Assembly (NCBI GenBank): GCA_964019335.1
Contig: OZ025730.1
Coordinates: forward strand, 62,001 to 126,000
Origin: Diplonema japonicum
Taxonomy: Eukaryota; Protista; Euglenozoa: Diplonemea
Reading direction: 5' to 3'
DNA length: 64,000 nucleotides
Part shown: positions 48,784 through 58,789 of the stretch, piece by piece
Layout: each line of letters begins with the position of its first letter
How positions within the stretch are numbered: position 1 is the first letter of the stretch
Position numbers and translations under genes: made by a program
The notes under the pieces: model-generated
The model's input: the letters and a program-made list of their open reading frames with translations, nothing else
What the model was told of the DNA's origin: nothing
The model's database searches: none

Positions 48784-49517
48784 TGAAGGAAGTTGTACCT
48801 GAGCGATCAACAGACGAGGGGGAAAAAAAAAAAAGAAGAAGAAAAAAAGGGAAAACATGAAATAAAACATCATTATTCGCATACCAGAGAGAAAGAATGA
48901 GGAAAAAAGAAGAGAAAAAAAAAAGATGTGTGCACTACTTGGTAATTGTAAGCATCACGGATACTATTTCTTTTTTTTCCCTTTTTTTTTTTCCCCTCCT
49001 GCACCCCCTCCCTTGCAGTACCCACTCTATTACGTAGGGTGGAAGTTTGAATAGAGTTCTTTTTTTAGAAAAGAAAAAAAAAAGAAGGAGATTAATTAAG
49101 TGGGAGCAAAAGAAAAGAAAAAGAAAATGGAGGGGGGAGGAAAAAAAGAGGTAGAAAATTTGAAACTATGAATCGTAAAGTGGGAAACATACATAATCTC
49201 TCTTTTTTTTGTTTAAAACCCCTTTCTCTTTTTTTTTTTTTTTCTCCTCAAAAAACTGGGCGAAACAAGTCTTACCCCCTTAATTATTTTTGCTTCTATT
49301 TTCTTCTTCTTTTTCGATTCATCATTGCAATCCCCCCCCCCCCCAGACCGCCAAAAAAAAAAGGAACCGTCAGGAAAAGAATAAATAAAAAGAAAGTACT
49401 GTGGGTATTTCTTTTTATTTTTGTTTTTTTGTTTTTGTTTGGTATTTCTTTTTTAATTATTCTAATCTTTATTTGACTTTCCTCGTGAGATGTATGGGAA
49501 GAGGAAGAAAAAAAAAA

Positions 49518-49612
49518 AACTAGTTTGGCGATTCATTTGTGCGCACGAGCGGAATCTTACCTAGAATAAAATAGAGTCATTACGCTGCCATCAACTAGTT
49601 TTTGGTCTCGAC
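49518..49612. repeat. Dispersed repeat family C
   Basis: Homologous to 30154 and 43318. Confidence 0.88.
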
Positions 49613-49755
49613 AAATAATATTGTTGAAGCAAAAAAAAAGAAAAAAAAAAAAACTCGATAATTTATGTGCGGGACAAAGGAAACCAGTGTTTGGTGGCGC
49701 CCTGCACAGAAAATTAAAAAAAAGGGGGGGGGAAACAACACTATAAACCACTTAC

Positions 49756-51606
49756 TCACAACTTCGCCTCTTTGTCATCGTTGCCTCCAGTTTTCTTGCC
49801 ATCATCAAGGCTCCACTTGTAACCTCTTTTCATGGGCACCCCGCCCATCACGGTCCCCCAGATCTCGATGTCCCTGATCTTCATCTCGGGTACCTCAAAC
49901 AGATCGTCTTCAAGAATAGTGAAATCAGCGTATTTACCAGCCTCCAGTGAACCAAGGAGGTGGTCTTTCTGTAATACGTACGCGGCGTCGATCGTGACCA
50001 TCTTGAGCGCGGCCAATCGTGAGATTCGTTCTTCGGGAGCGAGGACCTTTGTGAGGTCTTTCGCCGAGACCCTGTTCACGGCAACCCAGATCTCCTCAAG
50101 AGGGTTGGGAGGGGCAATGGGGGTGTCGGTGTGGACCGCTGTAGGGATCCCATGCCTTACCAACGTACCAAGCCGGGACGCCATGTGTGACCTGTCTGTC
50201 CCAAGATGCGCCTCGTTCAGCTCGCCTCGGAGGTAAGGGTAGTAAATGTTAACCGACGCACAGGCACCCAAGGCCTTGACCCGCCTAGCGTGCGCAACGG
50301 TCGACATCCCGTAATGCTCGAAGGTGAAGCGATGGTCGAACCTCGGGGCTTCGTTTTGCAGATCTTGCAAAAGCTCCAGCGTCGCGTTCTGCCCTTCGTC
50401 GCCGTTGCTGTGGACATGGATCTGCACGCCCGCCTTCCACCACGGGAGCACCCTCTCGAAGTAAGGGATACCTCTTTCAGCAAGCCAGATACCTTTGTGT
50501 CCGTCAATGTACCCAGGGCAGCAGCACATCTGCATTGTGAGCCCGACGAACGCATCGTCCGTGAAGAATTTACACCCGTTGTACTGCAGCGTTGGTGTGG
50601 ACGTGTGTTTGTTGAGGGTTTGAACGTAGTTGACGGCCTCGGAGCGTGCGAGGGAGAGGGGCTTTGTATCGCTGTTGAACTTTGCGACGACGGCGTCTGC
50701 AAGGGTCACGACAACACACCGCAAAGGACACTTCTTGTGGTTGAACACGTACGGGAGAAGCTGCTCTTCCTTCTCCAGGTTGACAAGTCCCATACCGAGC
50801 TCAGACACAGTGGTCGCCCCGTGAAGGCATGCAAGGTCCACCGTCCGCTTCATGGCGTCGATCGAGAACTGCCCGTCGATCACAATGTCGGTGATCTTCC
50901 CCATGATGCACGACATTGCGTTGTTGCCCAAGAAGCACCCTGTCAACTCCTCATCTTCTTCTCCGTTGTCTCGGGTTACGAAGCGTGTTCGCACACCCTC
51001 GCCGCCCTTTTCTTTTGCGTCTTTGCACACGACGCAAGCCCATTTCAACGTCCTTTTGTTGACGTAGGCGTAGTGGAGGGATGCGTCCCAGATCGCCACA
51101 TTGCGGTGGTAGCACGGGTCTGTTTCTTCTTCAAGATAGTCGAAGAAATCAGAGTCCAAATGACCACCCATTGCCACCTGATCGTAACCCCAGAATAGAA
51201 CTGGACGGTCCTTGTCTTCGCCTGCCTTCTCTCGCAGCGTTTTTTTAATCTTCTCTTTTATGTCATCAACAGAGCGCAGCCCTGTGTGAGCGTTGTTGTA
51301 CGGGCATGGCTGATCGTAGTACGCCAGGCACGGGAGGGAAGCGGCCATCCCGCCGATGAGAGGGTGCATGTGGGGGTCGATGAACCCTGGATACATATAT
51401 TTGTTCTCGAAGGTTCTGTTAATGGTGTACCCTGCTGTGTTTTCCTTGCTCTCCAGCCACGGCTTCAGATCCTCAAGGGAACCCAACCCGACTATCCTCC
51501 CGTCCTTCACGGCAATCGCGGTCGCCAGAGGCCACCCTTCGTTCAGCGTGTAGATCTTCTTCGCAACGAACACCTCGATCTTTCCTTCACATGGTGTCGA
51601 GGCCAT
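49756..51606 (-). CDS. Amidohydrolase-3 (YtcJ-like) metallohydrolase
   Basis: ATAIAVKDGRI, MYPGFIDPHMHP, KFFTDD, IHVHSNGD, RFTFEH, HTDTP, GSLEAGKYADFTIL, WGTVMGG; intronless. Confidence 0.9.
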   Translation of the reverse strand: MASTPCEGKIEVFVAKKIYTLNEGWPLATAIAVKDGRIVGLGSLEDLKPWLESKENTAGYTINRTFENKYMYPGFIDPHMHPLIGGMAASLPCLAYYDQPCPYNNAHTGLRSVDDIKEKIKKTLREKAGEDKDRPVLFWGYDQVAMGGHLDSDFFDYLEEETDPCYHRNVAIWDASLHYAYVNKRTLKWACVVCKDAKEKGGEGVRTRFVTRDNGEEDEELTGCFLGNNAMSCIMGKITDIVIDGQFSIDAMKRTVDLACLHGATTVSELGMGLVNLEKEEQLLPYVFNHKKCPLRCVVVTLADAVVAKFNSDTKPLSLARSEAVNYVQTLNKHTSTPTLQYNGCKFFTDDAFVGLTMQMCCCPGYIDGHKGIWLAERGIPYFERVLPWWKAGVQIHVHSNGDEGQNATLELLQDLQNEAPRFDHRFTFEHYGMSTVAHARRVKALGACASVNIYYPYLRGELNEAHLGTDRSHMASRLGTLVRHGIPTAVHTDTPIAPPNPLEEIWVAVNRVSAKDLTKVLAPEERISRLAALKMVTIDAAYVLQKDHLLGSLEAGKYADFTILEDDLFEVPEMKIRDIEIWGTVMGGVPMKRGYKWSLDDGKKTGGNDDKEAKL

Positions 51607-51724
51607 TTCTTTTTTTTTTTTTCCCGTTCCTTAATAGATAGGGGTTCGAAGAAGGTAGGAGGGAGAGGGGGCAAACAAAAAATACACAAAAAAAGAAATA
51701 TTATAATAAATTCGATAAGGTTTC

Positions 51725-52847
51725 AGTGTGCATGGAGGTGCTCACTGTTCAGGAAGAAATTCACACGCATTCTACTGGCCTTCTCCGTGAGGAAGTCCTG
51801 GTCGTCAAGCGGGCCTATAGCGGGTGGTCTGCTCATAGTCTATCGCGAGCTCCATCGTTGATAGAGAGGTCTTGCTCTTACTTACGTCCCCCTTTTGTTG
51901 GCCTGCCCGGCAACCGCCGACGAGGAGGATAGACTCCAGTCTTCGCGACTTGATATAAACCCGAAAGGCAGTGTTCCCTATTTTTTTTAAAAAAAAAAAA
52001 AGAGACATTTAAGAGTACCTGCGGTATGTGGCAGGACGCCTGAAGAGTCTCAATCTATCTCTTGATCGAACCTTTCTGCTGTGGTGTGGCCTTCGGCCCC
52101 TCGTTCGCCCTCCTCGGTACCTTAGGTATAAAACCCTCAACCGAGTTGGTAAGGACACAATAGTTGTACAGTTGTTTCTCAAGGATGTGGCGGGTCGCCG
52201 GGGAGGCGAATACCGGTCTAGAGGAGTAGCCCCTTATGGAGCCGTTGTAGTAACCCAACGTGCGTAGGGAGTGGACAGAGGCTACCGAGGCAGCTGGAAT
52301 GAGGGGCGCTATGCGCTTATTGGTGTGGATGCGTTCTAGTGCCGCTATCACCCGGCCTATGACACGCGCGCTCTCCTGGATGTCCTCCCTCTCCACAAGG
52401 CGAGAGTCCCTCTGTGGCAATGAAGTCCACGGCCAGCTCAAGCCTGGAGACCTGTCCACCTGTTGTGCCCCAGTGAAGGGCCGAGAGCCATCGGATGACG
52501 TGCGGGAATAGCCGTGGGAGGTACTGTTGCCTCAAACCGTTGTCGTAGTACCACCTCAGTGACCGCGGCTTGAGCAAACACCCCTTCTCGAAGGGCCTGT
52601 TCCACAAGTGAACACTGAAGTCCACAGTCTTCTTTCGTGCAAAGGCGAGTTGCAAGTTGCCAGTAATCTCCGCCATCATTAGCTGTAACTCAGCTGTTTC
52701 CAGCACGAGCCCCCCCGTCGCAATGCCATGCAGTTGTGTGCACCGGGGCCACTGGTTACGTTGTGCGCATAGTGTCGCCCGCTTCTCGGATGCTGTCCTG
52801 ATGTGCTCGTGTGCCTGACAGTCCCAGAGGGTGTGCTCCAGGTTCCC
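51725..52847 (-). mobile_element. Two adjacent degenerate non-LTR retrotransposon C-terminal fragments
   Basis: 52020-52847: LEHTLWDC..CTQLHGI..VIRWLSALHW..VSRLELAVDF. 51725-51977: LSTMELAIDYEQTT. Both are homologous to 22745-23665. Confidence 0.7.
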
Positions 52848-52916
52848 TTTAAAAAAAAAAGAAAAAAAAAAGGCGTACAATAACAATATTTCTTATGGGG
52901 CGGGGGGGAGAGAAGG

Positions 52917-54872
52917 TTACGGCTTCAGAAATCTAGGTTTGGTCGCAAAGGCAAGACTGGACTTTTTCAACAACGGGGTTCTGGTGGCGTCGCGGTGCGA
53001 CTTCTTGGAGACCGACACCACCACAGAGCGCCAAGTAACGTTGACCCGTGAGGAAGTTAGGAGGGCGGGGGTGGGGAGGAATCGTATAATGGACAGGACG
53101 ATGTCGGCGGTAAAATCGAGGCGCGGCCTATATGGGTCAAGCTGGCAGACCTTGTCTGGGGTGTAGCCCACCCCGTTGACGCCTGTTAGCAAAGAGAGAA
53201 GCTTGCTGACTTGCTTGCAAAACAACCCAGACTGTCCCTGTCGTGCCCCCCAGTAAGCATCTGTCAGGACTCCACGGTCGGCAGCTGCGTCGTCGTTCCT
53301 CCAAGCCTCTCTCTTCGGATCGACATCAACCACCCTTCGCTCACGTTTCGGGGAAACAAGAACACCTGTGTCGCTGGTGCCTTGCAGGGACGATTCTCGC
53401 AGCACAACCTCTGTTCTGCCCCGCTTCGGGGAGATGACAGGGCGGGGAGACCCGATCCTAACCACTGGCTGTTCTTTTTTCGGAGATATCAGAACAAGTG
53501 TATCCTCGCAAGACGTCCTGACTTCTCGTTTCGGCGAAACAACCCGAGAGCAGGCCCCGCTCCGCACGACTGGACCCAGCGGTGGTGGAGGCGGAGGCGG
53601 CAGTACAGGTGGCGGGGATGATAATGTTTTATTCGCTTTATTCGCCAACGTGGTCCCGCTCCACACAGGCACAGGGTTCCCATCGCGGGAGTACGCTTCT
53701 CGCGGGGCCATTCTTCGAACGATCCTTCCGCGGAGTGTGGACAATGGTGAGACGGGCCGCTTATCAGGAGAGAACACAGACAGCGGAGGAGGAAGAGGAG
53801 GAGGAGGTGGTGGTGGTGGCGGCGGCGGGGGTGTATCAACCAATGCCGGCCCCTTCCGAATCTTATGAACTGTAGAGGCAACGCTTCTGCAAGGAGACGC
53901 ATCGTACACCACGTCAACATCCTCTAGAGAGACGACCCGTGCAGGGGACAGCACCTCCTCGTCGTCATCCTCCACTGGTGCGGAGATGCCGAACGCTGTA
54001 ACGCCATATCCCGACTCTGTATACACCACGTCGACCTTTGTGGCACAGACCGATAGACCGTCAGCCGCTACAGCAAGATCCTTGTACAGCGTGTGACGCA
54101 GGTATCTTGTGTCAGAATCTGTGGTTTCAGGACGGGTTGTGAACAGGGTTTTCAGGCTATTCATCGCACGCAGTTCAAACCTCATCAACCCTGAAGGGAG
54201 GTAGCTGACCGTGAATTTGTTATCCCTGTCTAACTCTAAGTCGTCTTGTATAGGTCTCTCCAGTAAGGCTGACAACACAGCTGCGGGTAGTTTCACCATA
54301 CCGCAGTCGGACCGGGTGAACGGGTATGCTCGCTTCGTGGTGATCGGGGTGTGGGAGGATGTTGTGGAGTTTTTGTTAGTGACGGAGCTGACCCGGAGGG
54401 AGCCTTGTTGGACCTGGAAGAGGTTTTGAGACGGTTTGAAACTAATTTTCATGTCGATTTGCAGGGTTACAATTGACTTCTGGGTGAGGCGTTGGTTGAA
54501 GAGTGAAAGCCATCCGTTAGACGATATGGACCCCACCAGAGAGTCTCTGGTATTGAGAGCGAACCCGTGATATGTGCCTTTAAGTTTTTCGTCTTTTCGA
54601 AATTGCCGGGTTTCCACTGCGATTTTTTGCAGTAGTGATGCGGACGGTGGTCGGAGGGTGTCTATCCTGCCCGCCTCCACCACGAATTTTACGAGGTCGT
54701 GGATGTCACCTTCTCTTACTAACCTTACGACCTCCCGTGCCTTTACTCCGGACGCCCCTTCGCCGATGCCCAGCTCGCGGATCTCCTCGAATGAGGTTGT
54801 TAGCTGCTTTATTCTCCCAAGGATCTCTTCCTCTGAGTCTCGCTTTCCTCTTACAAGGTCCAGGGTGGTCAT
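52917..54872 (-). CDS. Pro-rich protein with a C-terminal F-box-like motif (651 aa)
   Basis: LDFTADIVLSIIRFLPTPALLTSSRVNVTWRSVV fits the F-box pattern; poly-Pro and repeated SPKR (CDK-like) sites. Confidence 0.75.
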   Translation of the reverse strand: MTTLDLVRGKRDSEEEILGRIKQLTTSFEEIRELGIGEGASGVKAREVVRLVREGDIHDLVKFVVEAGRIDTLRPPSASLLQKIAVETRQFRKDEKLKGTYHGFALNTRDSLVGSISSNGWLSLFNQRLTQKSIVTLQIDMKISFKPSQNLFQVQQGSLRVSSVTNKNSTTSSHTPITTKRAYPFTRSDCGMVKLPAAVLSALLERPIQDDLELDRDNKFTVSYLPSGLMRFELRAMNSLKTLFTTRPETTDSDTRYLRHTLYKDLAVAADGLSVCATKVDVVYTESGYGVTAFGISAPVEDDDEEVLSPARVVSLEDVDVVYDASPCRSVASTVHKIRKGPALVDTPPPPPPPPPPPPLPPPLSVFSPDKRPVSPLSTLRGRIVRRMAPREAYSRDGNPVPVWSGTTLANKANKTLSSPPPVLPPPPPPPLGPVVRSGACSRVVSPKREVRTSCEDTLVLISPKKEQPVVRIGSPRPVISPKRGRTEVVLRESSLQGTSDTGVLVSPKRERRVVDVDPKREAWRNDDAAADRGVLTDAYWGARQGQSGLFCKQVSKLLSLLTGVNGVGYTPDKVCQLDPYRPRLDFTADIVLSIIRFLPTPALLTSSRVNVTWRSVVVSVSKKSHRDATRTPLLKKSSLAFATKPRFLKP

Positions 54873-55579
54873 TTTGTGCCTTTTTGTTGGGGAAATCTTT
54901 TTTTTTTTTTGTGGATTGGAAATCGTGGAGGGAACTGGAAAACAATGAAAATGTGGGGATGGGTGTTTTAAAAAAAAAAAAAAAAAAAGATATGGAAATC
55001 ATCGCTCGCAAAGAGTAAAGCGGGGGGAGAAGAAAAAGAGAGGGAGAGAGAGAAGAGAGTTGGCAAAAAAAAAAAGAGTTTGGGTGGGGGCGGGGGGGAA
55101 AAAAAAGGCGAAAAAAATAAAAAAAAAAATGTATAAAAAAATAAAAATAAGAATAATATTAAATATAGCGGCGAAAGAGTTTTGGCAGTTTCATATGTGC
55201 TGCTACCCCCCTAAATGTATCCCCCCCCAAAAAAAAATAAAGCGAAAAAAAAGATATTCTACAGTTTTCTTGTTATTTATTTCCCGTTTTTCTTTTTTGA
55301 AAAAAAGAATAAAAGGTAGTTTCGGGGACATAATGTTGAAAGCAGGGTGGGGTTATTTAATTCCCCCCCCCTTTTTTTTTTGGTTCCCCCGCCCTTTTAA
55401 TATTATCCCCAATAACACCTCAAAAAAAAATTAATTTTATAAAAACCTGAGAAGATCGAGGCATTTTTTCCCCCCCCTTTATCTCTCTTTTTTTTTTTTC
55501 TCGCACCAGTCGTTTCTTTCTCCTTTTTTATGAAATTATTATTTTTTTTTTTCTTTTTCTCCTTCAAGAACACTTGTTT

Positions 55580-55611
<32 letters not shown>

Positions 55612-55614
55612 TTT

Positions 55615-57366
55615 TTACTTTGTCACAACCTTCTTCTTGGCAATTCCAATCTCCACCGCGTTGACCTTGGCCGCAAACCTCAAAGAACAAATGGATTCGT
55701 TCAAATGTTCAGGGAGAGGGTTCACATTGACAAACATAAGTGTTTTTGACTGGTTTGTCATTGAAGGCTGCAGCACGTGAGTAAGCTTGGACTGCCTGAA
55801 GGGGACAGAGGACGCACCCTTCCCGAGAGCGGCGATAACGTCACCAAGGCAAGCAAGAGACTTGTTTATGTGCTGTGTCTCTTTAAGCCTGTCACCCTCG
55901 GCACCAGACTTTGCGAGCCTCTCCGACCCTGCAAGATCGATAAGGTTCAACTGTCCATTCATCTCCTGCTGAGTTGACTCATTCCAGCCCCGTATCTTCA
56001 TGATGAAGATGGAATGGCTCCTACTCGAGACCTCGTTCATCTTGGTCCCACCTGTCTTCCTGTTGTCGGCGGCCTTCTGAAGCAGCTTGAAAACAGTTTG
56101 CTCGCTTGTTACCTTTAAAAAAAAAAATTTTTTTTTTTACCCCCCTTTTTTTTTTCACACCTGTTCCTCTTTGATGCCAGTTACAATGGACTCTGTCTCG
56201 GTGTTGCGGATCTCGTGCTTCATCGGCTCCCTTCCGGGCCCCGTCAAATAGACATCCTGGGGGTTCATCAAATCGTGGATCGTTTCGTTATAGATCTGGA
56301 TGAAGGAACAGGTAAGCTTGTACTGGAACCCAGACTGCTTGGACTTCCACTTGCAGTTTTCGAATATCTGCCGCACGGCCCTGGGTATCATGCCAGACAT
56401 GTTGGAGTTGACACCGGGTTCGGGGCCTTCCATGGTGAAGGTCTTACCTGATCCTGTCTGGCCGTACGCGAAAATGCAAACCTTGTACCCGTCAAGTGCA
56501 GATTGGACCAGCTGGCTGATCTCGTCAAAGATCCCCTCCTGTGTGGAGCCCTGTCCGAAGACCTTGTCGAAGGTGAACGGCATGTTTTTAACAGAAGCGT
56601 TCTTGCCCATAGCACCTGCGTGTTGTGGGACCTCGACTACCGTGAGACCACGGTGATCCGTGCCTTCGGGGAATTCATAGTGTTCAGTCATATTTGTGGT
56701 GGAGGGTCTGCTGGTGAGCTCTTTCTTAGTGACAGGACGCACACGAGCGAAGACACGGATGTTGCCCTTAAGCTCGATGAGAGCATTGTGGAGCTCAGCA
56801 CGTGTCTTCTCGCCTATCATGAGGTACTCCTCGTACTGCTGGTACCTTGCGTCGCGGTCTCTCTCGATTTTTGCAATTCGTTGATCACGGTCGCGCTCAA
56901 TGGCGACGATTTGATCGTCACGTTCAGTGATGGTGCGGTTCTTGTCGGCGACTTCCCTCTCAAGGCGCATGACGGTGATCTCGCATTCGTCGATGCGTGT
57001 GTTGGCCTCTGAGGTGATGGCGTCGATCCTGGATTGGGTCTGGTCGCGTTCCTTTTGAAGCTCTTTGTTGAGCGATGCGATCTCCGCCTTCGCCATTGCC
57101 ATAGGGTCGTTCTCTTTCTTCGCCGCTTTCCCTCCCGCCTTCGGGGCCTTCATGCCCGTTGTTACGGATCTTTTGCTTGCGGCCGTCGTGCCGGGTTTGC
57201 CCAAACCACCTGCTGGGGATTTTGGTACGGTTTTCTTCTTGGCCCCCGTCGTGCCTCCTGCCGGGGTTTTAAGTTGCGAGCTACTGGCCGGCACGCTAGG
57301 GACTCCTCCTGCAGCGCCGCCGCCGAACCTCAGCCTTGCCTTGTCTCGCTCCATCTGGGATTCCAT
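55615..57366 (-). CDS. Kinesin-14 (C-terminal motor, KIFC1/Kar3-like), 2 exons
   Basis: Coiled coil, neck [15 protein letters not shown]-loop [20 protein letters not shown]. Intron 56113-56160 joins the two ORFs in frame. Confidence 0.95.
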
Positions 57367-58206
57367 TTTTTTTTCCTTTTTTTTTTTTTCTTTTGTAAAA
57401 AAAACTATGTGTAAAAACAGTGGTCTTGTAAAGGGGTTGGTCCAGACTGTTAATAAGCAGGATACAAAAAAATAATAATAAACACACAAGAAGAATAAAT
57501 AAAAAAAAATAAAAATAAAAAACGGGTAGTATAAAACATCTGAAGGGTGGGGGCTCGGGAGGAGAAGGAAGAAAGGAACAGAGTGGGGCGGGAGGGAGGG
57601 GGTAAAAATAAAAAAAAAGGAGGAACTGGCCGTTGTTTGTAGAAACCTGGGGAAAGGCTTTATTGGGGGAAAAAAAAAGCCCCCTTGTTTCTTTTTTTTT
57701 TAAAAGAAAAGTCAAAGACTTCCCGCAAGGGTTGTTTTATTTTTCTCTTTTTTTTTTTTTTCTTCCCCCCTTTTTTTTTTGCTTTTATTATCTCAGGATA
57801 AGTAAGTCATCATGAGTCACAGGATTCTTTTTTTTTTCTCTGTTTTTTTATTCTCTCTTCTTCCTTCTCTTTTTCTTTTTTTTTTTAAAAAACTTTAATA
57901 ATGACTCAGTACTTGATTGGTTATAACTTTAAATACTCTGATGGGGAAAATAAAATAAGACCTACATCTCCCCCGTCTTTTTTTACGCCTCCCTTCTTTA
58001 AAAAGAAGAAAGGGAGGGGGGGGGGGGGAGAGAGAAACAAACCTCCTTTACCCCTTCTTTTAAAAAATAATAAACCGAAGACAAACAAACAAACAAAAAA
58101 AAAAGAACTTTTACGGCGCAGAGAAAGAAAAAAAAAAACCTCTCCATTTTCTTTTTTTTTATAATATTTTCTTTTTTAGAGTTTCGTTCTCTTTTATATT
58201 CCACCC

Positions 58207-58247
<41 letters not shown>

Positions 58248-58789
58248 AAGAAGGGGGACAAGCGAATAAGAGAAGGAAAATGAGAAAAAAAAAAAAAAAA
58301 GCTCTACTCCTAAGGGAGAAACGATAAAAAAAAGAAGAAAGGAGGGAGTTATGAATAAAAAAAAATTAAAAAAAGAACAGGTAAATATCAGATCTTTGGA
58401 AAAATCTTATGGCTATGTATTTGAGACGATGAGGTGATGTTTTCTAATTGTGGCCCTACCCGTGCTGCATGTTTTCTTGAAAACTGAGTGTTTCTTTTTT
58501 TTTCTTCTTGACAAAATACCACCCAATACTGCCAACGTTTCTTCTTCTTCTTTTCTTTTTTTCTTTTTTTTTTTTAAATTCTTACGCTCCCTCACTTTTC
58601 TTCCTTCTTCCTTTTTTTTGGGGGGAGGGATTATTCAAATTAAAAAATCTTTTTTTTTCTTTGCCCCCCCTCCCCGCTCCCATCTATTATTTGTTTAAAC
58701 TTTTTCTTTCTTTCTTTCTTTCTTTCTTTTTTTTTTCTTTCTTTTTTTTTTTTATAAACTAATCTTGTATGTCGCACATTTCTTCTGTT

